From Macrostomum lignano (Eukaryota): 64,000 nt of DNA. The stretch lies in the NCBI GenBank assembly GCA_002269645.1, contig NIVC01000059.1:1116001-1180000 (forward strand), given 5' to 3'. The stretch's first letter is position 1, and each line of letters begins with the position of its first letter. Made by a program: the position numbers and the translations under genes. Below are positions 50,208-62,300 of this stretch, piece after piece. A model generated the notes under the pieces. That model made no database searches, was not told where the DNA came from, and worked only from the letters and a program-made list of their open reading frames with translations.

Positions 50208-53200
50208 ATGCCGGATGATCAGCCAGTTTTCACAATCGATAACTCCCTTGCGGAGGAGACTATGAGAAGTTTTGTGAGACGGCACTGGACTACAGTGTAC
50301 TTTTGCATTGGTCTGCTGGTGCACATTGGATGCCTGGTTGTACTGCATAGGACCGAGACTAACTCTGAGGTATGGCTGTGTTGCTTTGTGTCTGAGCCTG
50401 TTGGCTAGATTAGCTATCCATTCTGTTCCTTCATCCATGATGTTGGCTAGATCAGCAATCCATTCTGTTCCTTCATCCATGATGTTGGCTAGATCAGCAA
50501 TCCATTCTAGCTGTTCCTTCATGCATGATGTTGGCTAGATTAGCTATCCATTCTGTTCCTTCATCCATGATGTTGGCTAGATCAGCAATCCATTCTATTC
50601 CTTCATCCATGATGATGTTGTTGGCTAGATTAGCAATCCATTCTGTTCCTTCAACCATGATGTTGGCTAGATTAGCAATCCATTCTATTCCTTCATCCAT
50701 GATGTTGGCTAGATTAGCAATCCATTCTATTCCTTCAACCATGATGTTGGCTAGATTAGCAATCCATTCTATTCCTTCATCCATGATGTTGGCTAGATTA
50801 GCAATCCATTCTATTCCTTCATCCATGATGATGTTGTTGGCTAGATTAGCTATCCATTCTGTTCCTTCAACCATGATGTTGGCTAGATTAGCTATCCATT
50901 CTGTTCCTTCATCCATGATGTTGGCTAGATTAGCAATCCATTCTGTTCCTTCATCCATGATGTTGGCTAGATCAGCAATCCATTCTAGCTGTTCCTTCAT
51001 GCATGATGTTGGCTAGATTAGCAATCCATTCTAGCTGTTTCTTCATCCATTATGTTGGCTAGATTAGCAATCCATTCTGTTCCTTCATCCATAATGTTGG
51101 CTAGATCAGCAATCCATTCTAGCTGTTCCTTCATCCATGATGTTGGCTAGATTAGCAATCCATTTTATGCCTTCATCCATGATGATGTTGATGGCTAGAT
51201 TAGCAATCCATTCTGTTCCTTCATCCATGATGTTCGCTAGATTAGCAATCCATTCTATTCCTTCATCTATGATATTGATGGCTAGATTAGCAATCCATTC
51301 TATTCCTTCATCTATGATATTGATGGCTAGATTAGCAATCCATTCTGTTCCTTCATCCATGATGTTCGCTAGATTAGCAATCCATTCTATTCCTTCATCT
51401 ATGATATTGATGGCTAGATTAGCAATCCATTCTATTACTTCATCAATGATGTTGGCTAGATTAGCAATCCATTCCATTCCTTCATCTATGATGCTAGCTA
51501 GATTAGCAATTCATTCTATTACTTCATCAATGATGTTGGCTAGATTAGCAATCCATTCTGTTCCTTCATCCATGATGTGGTCTAGATTAGCAATCCATTC
51601 TGTTCCTTCATCCATGATGTGGTCTAGATTAGCAATCCATTCTGTTCCTTCATTCATGATGTGGTCTAGATTAGCAATCCATTCTGTTCATTCATTCATG
51701 ATGTTGGCTAGATTAGCAATCCATTCTATTCCTTCATCCATGATGTTTGGCTATAGATTATCAATTCATTTTATTTGCTCATATGATGTAACCACGCTCT
51801 GGTCGCGGGATAGGGCATGGGAACTTTTTCGAAAGTGCCTCCTATCCCGTGTACCCTCTGCACAGAGCTGTCGAGACTCGGCCAGGTCTCCGCCCAGGCC
51901 TGGAGACTCCCGCTCTGCTGCCCCCCCTCCTGCTGCCTTGGTTCCGTCTCCCCTGCCGCCACACCTGCCTTTCCGGAGCTCCCTGTCCCTCTCTGTACCC
52001 TCCCCTCTACCTTATCTCCCCTGCACTCCACCCTATTCTTCTTGTACTTTCCCTTTCCCCCCTCTTTTTGTCTCTCTCTGCACTCTTTTCCTGCGCTGTC
52101 CCCTCCTTCTCTGTGTCTACTTACAGTATTTTGTGTGCTCACCGTCTCCCCATCCCCTCCCAAACTCCCAAACGGTGACGCAAGTCGTGGGACCCCTTCT
52201 TCCCCCCGATGACTCATCGATGACTCATCTCCCTCTCTTGCGCAACCTTTTCTCATGCCATTGTTCTCCTCCCCAAATTTCTCATGCGACACCCACCCCA
52301 CCTCCGCTTCTATTGTTCTCGTTTTTGATTCTTTTGTTCTCTCGACCCCCACCAATTATCGCATTTTCTCCGATTTTCTCTTTCTTTTGTTCTCGTTTTC
52401 GCACCTAATTATCACCTTTTCTCCAATGTTTACTTTTCCATTGTTCTCAGTTTTCCCCAATTATCCCCGATTTCCAATTCCTTTGTTCTCGACCCCAGCC
52501 CTATTGTTCTCAATGTTTGCGTGCGCAACACTTTCGCGACCACCCGCTGCGCCAATTATCCCCCCACCCCACCTCCGGATTGCGCAATTTCCCTATTTCT
52601 CATGTTGCTATGCCGGTCTCATGCTTCTCATCATGACTCATTCTGACGTCATTCTGCCGGCAGCCAATCAGAGAGAGGGAGCCATGGTAACGACCTTGAG
52701 GAGGCGGCTGTGAGGTCTATAAAAGGAAGCGATTTCGGCATGAGAATCCTCAACTTTTCGCCTCTTTGGGCTTGCCGTCAGACTGAGTTCTGACCCATTC
52801 GTCTATAAGACGAATCCCTGCCGGTCCGCGGTCTGTCACCGCCAAGTTATCCTTAGCTCCCCAAGTGAGCTCGCCTATCGGCCAGCGGTCTGATACCGCC
52901 CAGCATCATCAGCATCGCCTGATCTACATCAGCGCCTCGTCGCTCCAGCGCATCGCCGCTTCACTGTCTGCCTGACTGCAGCCTACAGCCACCCTCGGTC
53001 ACTCCGCCTCTCTCTCTCTCTCTCTGTGCAGCTGCCGGTAAGTTCCTGTTACTAATTTGTGCTCTAATTGCCTTTGCTTATCCGGGGTTTGCCTATTTTC
53101 CATTGTCTGATTAGAGAGCTGAGCCAATTGTGATACCGTATCTTTTGCTGTATTTTACTCAATAGTGAAGCCGCCTAATTGCCCGATTATTCGCCTAAGG

Positions 53201-54775
53201 GCCTAATTATTAACTATTAACTAACTTCATCATTATTCAATCTTTCACCATCATTTAACTCATGGCTTGTTAAGCCTTTCTCCCGGGGTGGCAAAGCATA
53301 AGGGAGTTTGGGTAAGCTAATGGCCTCTCCCCGTGCAAAGCCCGCCTGTGAGTGCGTGCTGCGGGCCGCGTGTGCGTGCAGTAGAGGGATTAGCGAGTCT
53401 TGGCACAGAATGGCAGTAGGAAGGTTGCAACCCCATGCTAACGCGTCCCTTCGCCCTGAGCAATCTAAACTGGAGACAGTACATGTTCGCCTCATACTAC
53501 TCTTAGTAATCAAAGTCGCAAGTCAGCCTCGCTCACAGCCACAAAGGATCCCCTGCTGAGAAATCCTCCAGGATTGAGCCCAGAGTTCCCGATCATGCCC
53601 CAAGCAGAGTCCCTGTACTCGGCTGCATGCGTCTCCCCTGTTAGCCTAAATCCCCTGGTAACCATCCCAGGCGGGGCTCTAGCCTCGAGAGGTCTGGTAG
53701 AAAGATCCAGGTGCGCCAGGTCACATAGAGTGGTGGCAGCCACTCGGTCATACCATGACCGAGTGACCAACTATTGCACCTTGGCTACAGGTGGGGTCCA
53801 TGTGGGTCCTTGGCCCTCTGGTCACGAAGCGCTACCAAAAGCTACTAATCATGTGGGCGGGACAGTCTGGTGCTGGAGGTCCGTCAGGTCGTTGCCCGGT
53901 CATAGGCAGCCTACGGTCATTGCCCCCTCTAGTCATGCGTTCGTCTCTCTACGGAGCGGACAGGCGACAAGGGCGGTTATATCACATACTTATTTTCACG
54001 TCAAGCCTTTTTGTGAGGTAAGTGAAATCAAGCAAGTTACACTAATAAATTGCAGACGCCACCGCAAGGCTACCAGCTGACTCTGCAGAGAATAGCGGCC
54101 CTATTGATGTACGTTAACGTCATAGCGATGGCCCTGATGGTGCTGCTTGATTCGCACCTGAGCATCCGTTGGCAGCGAGCCAACTCGCCGCTCAACATTG
54201 TTGAAGAGGATTCGGATCTGCCGATGACTAAAAGCGAAGCCGAAGGTGAACTTAGGTTGATCTCGAAGTTCTCCAGGAAGGAATGGGAGCCGGTTATGGA
54301 TGTGAGTACATGATCTTTACTTCAAGTCTCGAAGGTCAATTGACCCTGCCTTAATTCAGATGTATAGTGTTAGATATATTAAGTATAACTGGATTGTTAC
54401 AAAAACCCTGGCACGAATCACCCGCAATTCCTGCACCATTCCAAGGTCGTCGGTCACGTGAGCAAAGCAACAATCGCAATTTTCTCCTGGGTTCTGACTC
54501 TGGCAATTCTCGTCAACATTGTGACACTGTTTATCCCGCCTGGCATTATGCCAAGCCTGGCCACACAGGCCACTCTGTTCAGTTTGGCCATACCTGGCCT
54601 GCTGTGCCTCCTGGCCTGCCTGCTGTTCGTGCTGCACCACATGTACTTTAAGTATCGACAGGCTCGCAAGACATTCAGTCGGACTATTATCAATATGAGC
54701 CGTTCGCAACCTCCCGGTTCGTACAATCCGCTGAGATCGGCTTCGATGGATTCAGATTTTCCGGCGGAAGAGTAA
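50208..54775 (+). CDS. Putative four-transmembrane protein of unknown family; 3 exons, about 245 aa
   Basis: Exons 50208..50369 (donor GTATGG), 54056..54301 (donor GTGAGT) and 54446..54775, all phase 0. Four hydrophobic segments: WTTVYFCIGLLVHIGCLVVL; IAALLMYVNVIAMALMVLL; ATIAIFSWVLTLAILVNIVTLFI; ATLFSLAIPGLLCLLACLLFVL. The exon 1-2 join across 3.7 kb is inferred. Confidence 0.6.
50399..51760. repeat. 42-bp minisatellite family, locus 2 (reverse orientation)
   Basis: About 31 units of 42/45/48 bp. Confidence 0.95.
51787..53789 (+). mobile_element. Possible solo LTR / promoter-bearing insertion, about 2 kb
   Basis: Begins TGTAACC and ends GGCTACA (6/7 inverted match, TG...CA). It has a pyrimidine-rich 5' half and an internal TATA promoter. 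No target-site duplication is visible, so the boundaries are uncertain. Confidence 0.4.
52634..52724 (+). promoter_or_regulatory. Compact Pol II promoter: AP-1, CRE, CCAAT, X-box half site, TATA
   Basis: TGACTCA 52634..52640, TGACGTCA 52644..52651, CCAAT 52664..52668, CCATGGTAAC 52682..52691 and TATAAAA 52718..52724. Downstream donor CCG|GTAAGT at 53037/53038. Confidence 0.7.
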
Positions 54776-55287
54776 AGCTGTGCAGTGAATGTACTTTTAA
54801 ATAGCGACAGAAGTTCCAAGAAACATCTTCAGTGTGACACTTGTGGGCGAGTAATTATAATGTAAATTCAGGTTTGTTATAATTGATGACAATTCTGGGA
54901 GGTTGATTGACAAAGTTTCTTAAAGCGTCAATTACATAGGCTTATACTCTCATTTCGAAGGGTTGCGCATAGCTGTATGGTAGTTAAATTGTTTGCAGTC
55001 GTCGTCTTATATAACTCTTAACTATAGACGTTCAAACGCTAATAATATCATTTAATTTATCATATCTAGCTAATCAAATAAATGATAAAATATCCAATAA
55101 ATAAAATGTCTTATTTTTTAACCAAAGTAGCGTAAAGTAGATTGGTTGTATTAATCATTTGTTTGACAACAATGAAAATGCTTTTATACCTTCATATATA
55201 ATGTGTAGCCGCGTATTCTTGAGTTTGAATTTCCGTGGACTTCTTTAGCCGTAGAAACTTGATTTATTTGTGTTCCAGCTTGCTTGA

Positions 55288-55452
55288 TTATATAGACTGA
55301 CCGCGATGGGGGAGGGAAGGGTGAAAAACGCAGCTTAGAAAATCCTAACCAATCGGATTTCGCCGACAGGGTAGGCACTAAGCACTCTATTGGTTGGGGC
55401 TCGTTATTCACGCGTTTACAGCCAATCAGAAACGAAAAGAAATTTCGCGAAA
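55288..55452 (-). promoter_or_regulatory. Putative promoter with three CCAAT boxes, an E2F-like palindrome and TATA
   Basis: CCAAT 55349, ATTGG 55389, CCAAT 55422, TTTCGCGAAA 55443..55452 and minus-strand TATATAA 55294..55288. Confidence 0.45.
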
Positions 55453-55642
55453 GGCTATACGCAGGGGTGGGGTGACGCAGAAAAAAATACGGAGAAAACA
55501 ACCGAAAACACTAGAAGTGCACGCGCACGCAAATTGAGCACTATTACAAATGCTTCATTTGAATATTACATATTGACATACATTTATAACAAATTCTACG
55601 CGTTTCAATAATAATAATACAATCAGTTGGCGGGAAAAAAAT

Positions 55643-58600
55643 TTACTTTGATTTTTTGTCTTTCCTGGCGCCAAGTCGTTGAATGAGTTCTCGAGAACGC
55701 CTGAAACGGTTGGACGTGATGCGATGTCGCGGTTATTAGTTAAAATGTTAAAAAAAACTTCAAATTTAGGATGTATATTAACAAATTTAAATTCAGTGGC
55801 TATTTTAATAATAAATGTTGTGAATGGTAGATAATATCTATAAAAGAAAAAAATATTAAAAATTGAGTGAAAGAAACGAAATTTTAGGGGTTGGAACACT
55901 ATACGATCTATTTGGCGAATTCTTTAGTTGGAAAAAGTGCCACTTCTATACATTTTTTATTGGAAATGCGAGTGTATTTTTACCAGTTTAAAAATACCTT
56001 TAACAAGGCAGAAAAAATGCATTTAATTTTATGTAGATTCATGTTTTCTTCACTGTTTTGACATATTGTAAACTTTCTTCACAGACAAAAATAATATTTG
56101 TAAAAATTATCAAAAATCGTACAATCGTACCGAGTCAGGTCTTCAACCTCAACCAGCATCGAGTCCTGTTCCATTTGTAGAGAATCTCGTTCGATAAGAC
56201 AGCCCACAAGCTGTTCGTTGAAGCCTATAAGTGGATGCAATTTAAAATTCAATTTATGCAGAAGCTTTCATTGTAGTCTTATCCGACCCTTTATAATTAG
56301 CCCCAGCTTCTTACCCTTGACTCTATCTAGCAGATCTTGCTGTACCTTTTGCAGTTCAATCAATGAGACGCAGCTCAAATCATGAAAAACATTTGGCGAG
56401 CTTTTCGGCAAAATTGAGCGCTCAATCTGCAGCTGCATTCGGGCCATTGGCTCGGCCTGCGGATTCGAGAGTGTTTGACGTTTTTACTACAGAAACTGTA
56501 TTCACTACTGAAAAAGTAATATGTCTGGTCTGTGGGTTTCTAAACTTAAAAAATTCAAAAGTTGCAGAATGCAGAATGAGAGAGAGATATGTAGGTAACA
56601 ATAAATTAAGGGAATGGTAGATGTTAGATGTGTAGGGAATGGCGGTAGATGTGTAGGGAGCGATAGAGATGTAGGGAACGGTAGATGTAGGGAACGGTAG
56701 ATGTAGGGAGCGGTAGATGTAGGGAACGGTAGGTGTAGGGAACAGTGGAGATGTAGGGAGCGGTAGAGATGTAGGGACGGTAGAGATGTAGAGAACGGTA
56801 GAGATGTAGGGAACGGTAGAGATGTGGGGAGCGGTAGAGATGTAGGGAGCGGTAGATGTAGGGAACAGTAGAGATGTAGGGAGCGGTAGATGTAGGGAGC
56901 GGTAGATGTAGGGAGCGGTAGATTTAGGGAATGTATTCAGGAAGCAGATGTTAGGAACGAATATTTAGGGGATGTAGACGAAAGGGGACACGTAAATGTT
57001 AAGAATATATGATGTAGGGAATGGGAACTTCTGAGATTTAGTTAAAGAACGCGCACCTGAGCCATGGCCAGCTCAGCTTCCGCCTTCAACCTGGCCTGTT
57101 GAGCGCTAATTCCGTCGGAGCTGCCGCATAACGTTGACCAATCGATATCACCGCTGCCACCACACGTGTCATGTCCAACTGTTTTGCCGCCGCCTATGAT
57201 CAAGTCGTTCAAAGCTGAGCAGGCGGCTAGCAGCTCCGGCTCAAGTGGTCGGCGGGTGCGCAGCTTTGATTGGGGCTTGAAATGGTTGTTTTATAGAGAA
57301 ATATGATTTATAATTAATTTGTTTATTGTGTTTGCTTTGCTCGAGACGGCCCAGGGACGTTTACCGGCAACTGGGTCCCTCCAACTGCGAGAGAAGAGTT
57401 CACAGCTCGCTTCCGCTGGCTTTCGTGGTTTACTGGCCATGGCCACGATGTCCATCCATACATTTAACTGAGTTTTGCGCGGTAGCCCCAAAGCAATAGG
57501 GGAGAAAATACGAAACGACAAATACTTGAAGTTAGTGGAGGCGCGTTTTAAATAGCAGAGGGGTGGGAGAGAGATAAGGGGGGACGGGGCAGTCAGCGGG
57601 CAGCCACGACACCCCATCCCGCCGGCCAGCCAATCACGAGCCGCGGCGTCTGAGAGAGGGCAGAAAAGACAAGTACTCGTAGGTCAGGCCAGGGTGAGCC
57701 CCCAAACCCGGCCTGACCCACTGGCCCAACCAGAGCGCGCGGAGGGAGAGAGAGTAGTAAGACACAACTGCCTACCTAGAATCGCTTTTTCAAAGCTTGA
57801 TTAAAACTAACTTTGACCAATCGATAAAGTTCTCTAGAAAAGTAATGATAATCAACTTAAATGAAGACAGGAAACTGTACAAAAATACTCCTTTGATTGT
57901 TTTCTTAACGGATTCGCATTTTTAACGGTTTCATTTCTGATTATAATCAAGCTAGACATTAGTACACCAACCTTGGGACAAAACGCACACTTGCTCCATT
58001 CGCCTGATTGCGATTCGGAAGGTTGAGCATGTGAAAAGAAATTAAACCAGTGCTTAAAAGCATCCAATCTCGCTAATGCATTTTGCAGGGAACACTGGCC
58101 TTCAGCGAGCCTTCATGGCCTCGCACCATTTGCCGGAGTGTAGCGTTCTTAAACTTCAGTTGTCAATTTTTTTTCAAGTTCGAAAATACCAAAAGAACTT
58201 TCTTTCTCTATTAACGCATTGGCAGAAACCTTAGGCTCGCTAAAATTGTAGATTTATTAGAGAAATATTAATTGACAGTTTAAACAGCTTTAAAAATTAG
58301 TTTTAATGTTGCATTGGCGAGTTGATGGGAGAGGTAATTGTCTAGTTGTGTTTTTTGTTTAAATCGACGTGTTTTGCACTCTCTCGAAGTACTTCACAAG
58401 GACGACCTTTTGTTTTCTTAAAGTAACGAAAATTGACTAAAATTAAACGCAACCCTTAGCATTAAAGATCGGACATACCTCTTTCTCCGTTTTTATTTGT
58501 TTCAATGATAAACTGCCGAGCGGACAGATCTGAAAAATGTAGGGGGTAAGGTGAGATAAAGTGAGATAATTAGACCTAATGTTGAGCGGAGCGAGTTCAG

Positions 58601-59120
58601 GTGAGAAAATTAGGGCTAGTGTTGGGCGGGAGCGAGTTCAGGTGAGATAATTAGGACTAGTGTTGGGCGGGAGCGAGTTCAGGTGAGATAATTAGACCTA
58701 GTGTTGGGCGGGAGCGAGTTCAGGAGAGATAATTAGGGCGCTAGTGTTGGGCAGGGGCGAGTTCAGGTGAGATAATTAGACCTAGTGTTGAGCGGTAGCC
58801 AGTTCAGGTGAGAGAGTTAGGCCTTGTGTTGGGCGGAAGTAAAATAACTCACTAGACATTATCAACTAAAAGTTATTTCTAACTTCGTGAACCATTAATT
58901 CACACCTGCAGGGATTTCGGCGGTCTACGAAATTTCTGCCATTCGCTTTGGCGGCCGCCATCTGGGCCGATTAAATCCTCATCGCCATCTTCATCAATAT
59001 CGGAAGCTGCGTCGTTTCGGTAGCACAGCTGCATGCTGGCGCCCTCGCTCAGGCTGTGTCGGAGAGCCGACTGACTGCCGCTCATTGTGGGGCGAGCACT
59101 GTGACCTCGATTGCGAGGCT
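55643..59120 (-). CDS. SCHIP1: Schwannomin-interacting protein 1-like (C-terminal coiled coil); 5' exons unresolved
   Basis: Exons ~59120..58906, 57275..57057, 56456..56315, 56224..56131 and 55700..55643, phase-compatible. LRHSLSEGASMQLCYRND, QARLKAEAELAMAQAEPMARMQLQIE and DLLDRVKGFNEQLVGCLIERDSLQMEQDSMLVEVEDLTR match recalled SCHIP1 blocks. A likely upstream exon lies at about 60001..59903 (ENEREQI). Confidence 0.78.
56620..56960. repeat. 18-20-bp minisatellite (GATGTAGGGAGCGGTAGA) in a SCHIP1 intron
   Basis: About 17 imperfect units. Confidence 0.9.
58560..58840. repeat. 41-bp minisatellite (GTTGGGCGGGAGCGAGTTCAGGTGAGATAATTAGACCTAGT) in a SCHIP1 intron
   Basis: About 6-7 units with 41-bp spacing. 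Confidence 0.9.
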
Positions 59121-59420
59121 GCTTACTCGGAAGAGGGGGCAATCGGATGACGCAACATTTTAGTGATTGACAGGTGATAGTTTATGACGGTAAAAGGCGA
59201 ATGGAACTTGTGTCTAAAAGGTGAGTGCTTGTTCCTGGCTGGTGCCTTCCATATCTATAATGTACTGGTACAATAAAAAATAAATATTCACTGGAAGGCC
59301 GGCCGGGGGATCCTGCCGCAACGCGCCTTGGGTGTCGGAAATTAACGGTGAGGCGAATCTGCCAATTCTGTACGCAGGTACGCACTCATATAATAGTAAT
59401 TCATAACTGATTACACCTGC

Positions 59421-59671
59421 CCCAATCGGGCCAGATATGCAACCGACAGCTCGGGCGCTGATCAGTCCAAGGACTGGGTGGGGGATCGCCACACACCCTC
59501 AATTACCCCAGCTAATGCTGGCACCCATTTTACAGCTGGGTGAACTGAAGCAATGCAGAGTTAAGTGTCTTGCTCAAGGACACATTGTTCCAGTGGGATC
59601 GGGAATCGAACCCTCGACTTTCAAGTCATGAGTTCGACGCTCTAACCACTAGGCTATAACTCCCTACACTA
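59421..59671 (-). mobile_element. tRNA-derived SINE with CORE-like body, copy 2
   Basis: Highly similar to 23023..23308. A box TAGCCTAGTGG, anticodon-loop-like CTCATGA and B box GGTTCGATTCC. Confidence 0.9.
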
Positions 59672-60312
59672 CTGGTGAATATTTAAATTCACATGCACTT
59701 GGAACATGACTTACCATGATTGAAAAGAGAGCGAAAACCTTGCAATGAGAAACAAGTGCAATATGATAACTAGATATTAATATGAAAAAAACTGCAGTAT
59801 ATACAGATTCAAAGCTTATGCTTCAGCCAATGACAGGTCATACTTAAACTGCAAGCAGCAACCGACTGAAGTTTCAACAGCAAGACAGTAGAAAATTTGT
59901 ACTTTTCAATTTGTCCAATCCTCATTGATGAGCTGCTGCTGGCAAATAAAATTCCTGCAACTGCCCGAAGTAAGATCTGTTCTCTCTCATTCTCCGGCAC
60001 ACTGATCAATAATTCGAATAAGGCTGATGAGACCTCAGTCAAAATTGATTTTTCATGCGAAATTAATTTTCTCTGTCTCTCAAGACATATAACTGTTGGA
60101 GAGAGATAAACAGCTTATGGGAGAGGGCAGAGGGGCGAGCAGTGACCAAATAGGATTGCTTGATGAGGCAGATTTGAAATCAAGATATTGAGGAGTATTG
60201 ACACTGCATAGGAAAAAGATCCATTTTCCCCATTTTTCCGGGAAATCAAAAGCCGTTAGCTAGTCGCCAAGGAGACTTTTACCAGAAGCTTTTTATTTTC
60301 AATCTATTCTAT

Positions 60313-61149
60313 TTCTTCATCCATGATGTTGGCTAGATTAGCAATCCATTCTATTCCTTCATTCATGATGTTGATGGCTAGATTAGCAATCCATTCTATT
60401 CCTTCATCCATGATGTTGGCTAGATTAGCAATCCATTCTATTCCTTCATCCATGATGTTGGCTAGATTAGCAATCCATTCTATTCCTTCATCCATGATGT
60501 TGGCTAGATTAGCAATCCATTCTATTCCTTCATCCATGATGTTGGCTAGATTAGCAATCCATTCTATTCCTTCATCGATGGTGTTTGGCTAGATTAGCAA
60601 TCCATTCTGTTCCTTCATGCATGATGTTGGCTAGATTAGCAATCCATTCTATTCCTTCATCCATGATGTTGGCTAGATTAGCAATCCATTCTATTCCTTC
60701 ATCCATGATGTTGGCTAGATTAGCAATCCATTCTATTCCTTCATCCATGATGTTGGCTAGATTAGCAATCCATTCTATTCCTTCATCTATGATATTGATG
60801 GCTAGATTAGCAATCCATTCTATTCCTTTATCCATGATGTTGGCTAGATTAGCAATCCATTCTATTCCTTCATCTATGATATTGATGGCTAGATTAGCAA
60901 TCCATTCTATTCCTTCATCTATGATGTTTGGCTAGATTAGCAATCCATTCTATTCCTTCATGCATGATGTTGGCTAGATCAGCAATCCATTCTATTCCTT
61001 CATCCATGATGTTGGCTAGATTAGCAATCCATTCTCTTCCTTCATCTATGATATTGATGGCTAGATTAGCAATCCATTCTATTCCTTCATCCATGATGTT
61101 GGCTAGATTAGCAACCCATTCTATTCCCTCATCATGTCGGCTAGATTAG
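60313..61149. repeat. 42-bp minisatellite family, locus 3 (reverse orientation)
   Basis: About 19 units of 42/45 bp. Confidence 0.95.
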
Positions 61150-61783
61150 GAATCCACTGTGTCCTTACAATCAAGGACGAGATAAAAAAGGCTGTTTATT
61201 CTACATATATTGAGCTATACAAAGCCCTAAGCATCATCCCAATATCTCATTGCTTCGCAAGCACAGCTAAATGAAAATATTTCAAACCTTCTACTTGTTT
61301 CTCTTCCTTCGCACACATGGTTCAGGAATTTCCCAGAGCGATCGCAAAATCTGCGAGTATTTGAGAGCAACAGAAATGTCGAGAGCAGGGATCGCAGCTA
61401 GCCTTAAGCTGCTGAGCAAATATTTGAGAACAGAGTTGGGAAACAGGCCTGCAAAGAGAAAGCTATAGCTGTTTTATCCTTAAAATAATCAGCAATATCA
61501 TCATCATAAAGAGAGAAATCTACATCAGAATCTCCCTAGACCCTACTATATTTTTACGATGCATAGGAGCAACTATAAAAGTCAGCTTTAATGTTCAACT
61601 ATACTACTGACAGTTCAAAACAAACAGACAGTAGTATTGCTGCTGATGAGAAGCAGGTTTAATCAATTGAAATGCGAATCGAATGGGAGGATCTCTGTCA
61701 AGAGAAACGGTTTCAGAGAGAGAGAGGTAGAGAGAGAGAAAAGAGAGGTCACGGTGTGTTTAAAAAATAATTAATTTAGTATG

Positions 61784-61821
61784 GGCTACCGGTTTCGAGG
61801 CTCTGGGCTCTTCGTCAGGCC
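61784..61821 (-). ncRNA. Minimal type I hammerhead-ribozyme-like motif, probably a Penelope-like element remnant
   Basis: Minus strand GGC-CTGACGA-A-GAG cccagagc CTC-GAAA-CCGG-TA-GCC: conserved core, 3-bp stems I and II, palindromic stem III and a GUA cleavage triplet. Confidence 0.55.
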
Positions 61822-61923
61822 AAAAATCAGTGTTTCATGCAGTGCAATTTGGTCTTTTAAGTATTAGTTTTCTCAGTCTAATAAAATCGCAGAGCTGCTG
61901 TACATATGAGGGGTGTACATTTA

Positions 61924-62300
<377 letters not shown>

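Noticed and set aside
50494-52408. MDEGIEWIANLANI / MMLARLAIHSIPSS repeat proteins
   Set aside because: A 3n minisatellite, intronic, in either orientation at three loci, with frame-breaking 43-bp units at locus 1. There is no evidence of coding function.
53940-54775. Cys-loop ligand-gated channel C-terminal half (TGDKGGYIT..., TPP+M3-like, EW..V..V+M4-like)
   Set aside because: The M2-like stretch is out of frame and ends in a stop, no Cys-loop domain lies upstream, and there is an extra TM after the M4-like helix. The 4-TM model using exon 50208..50369 is simpler. An HMM search would settle it.
59590-59664. tRNA-Met gene
   Set aside because: The acceptor stem does not close and the sequence continues into a body shared with 23023..23308, so it is a SINE head.
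61271-61468. 65-aa ORF with a hydrophobic start and a terminal KRK, as a second prepropeptide
   Set aside because: Weak signal peptide, no repeated peptide and no amidation signal. There is no supporting promoter.
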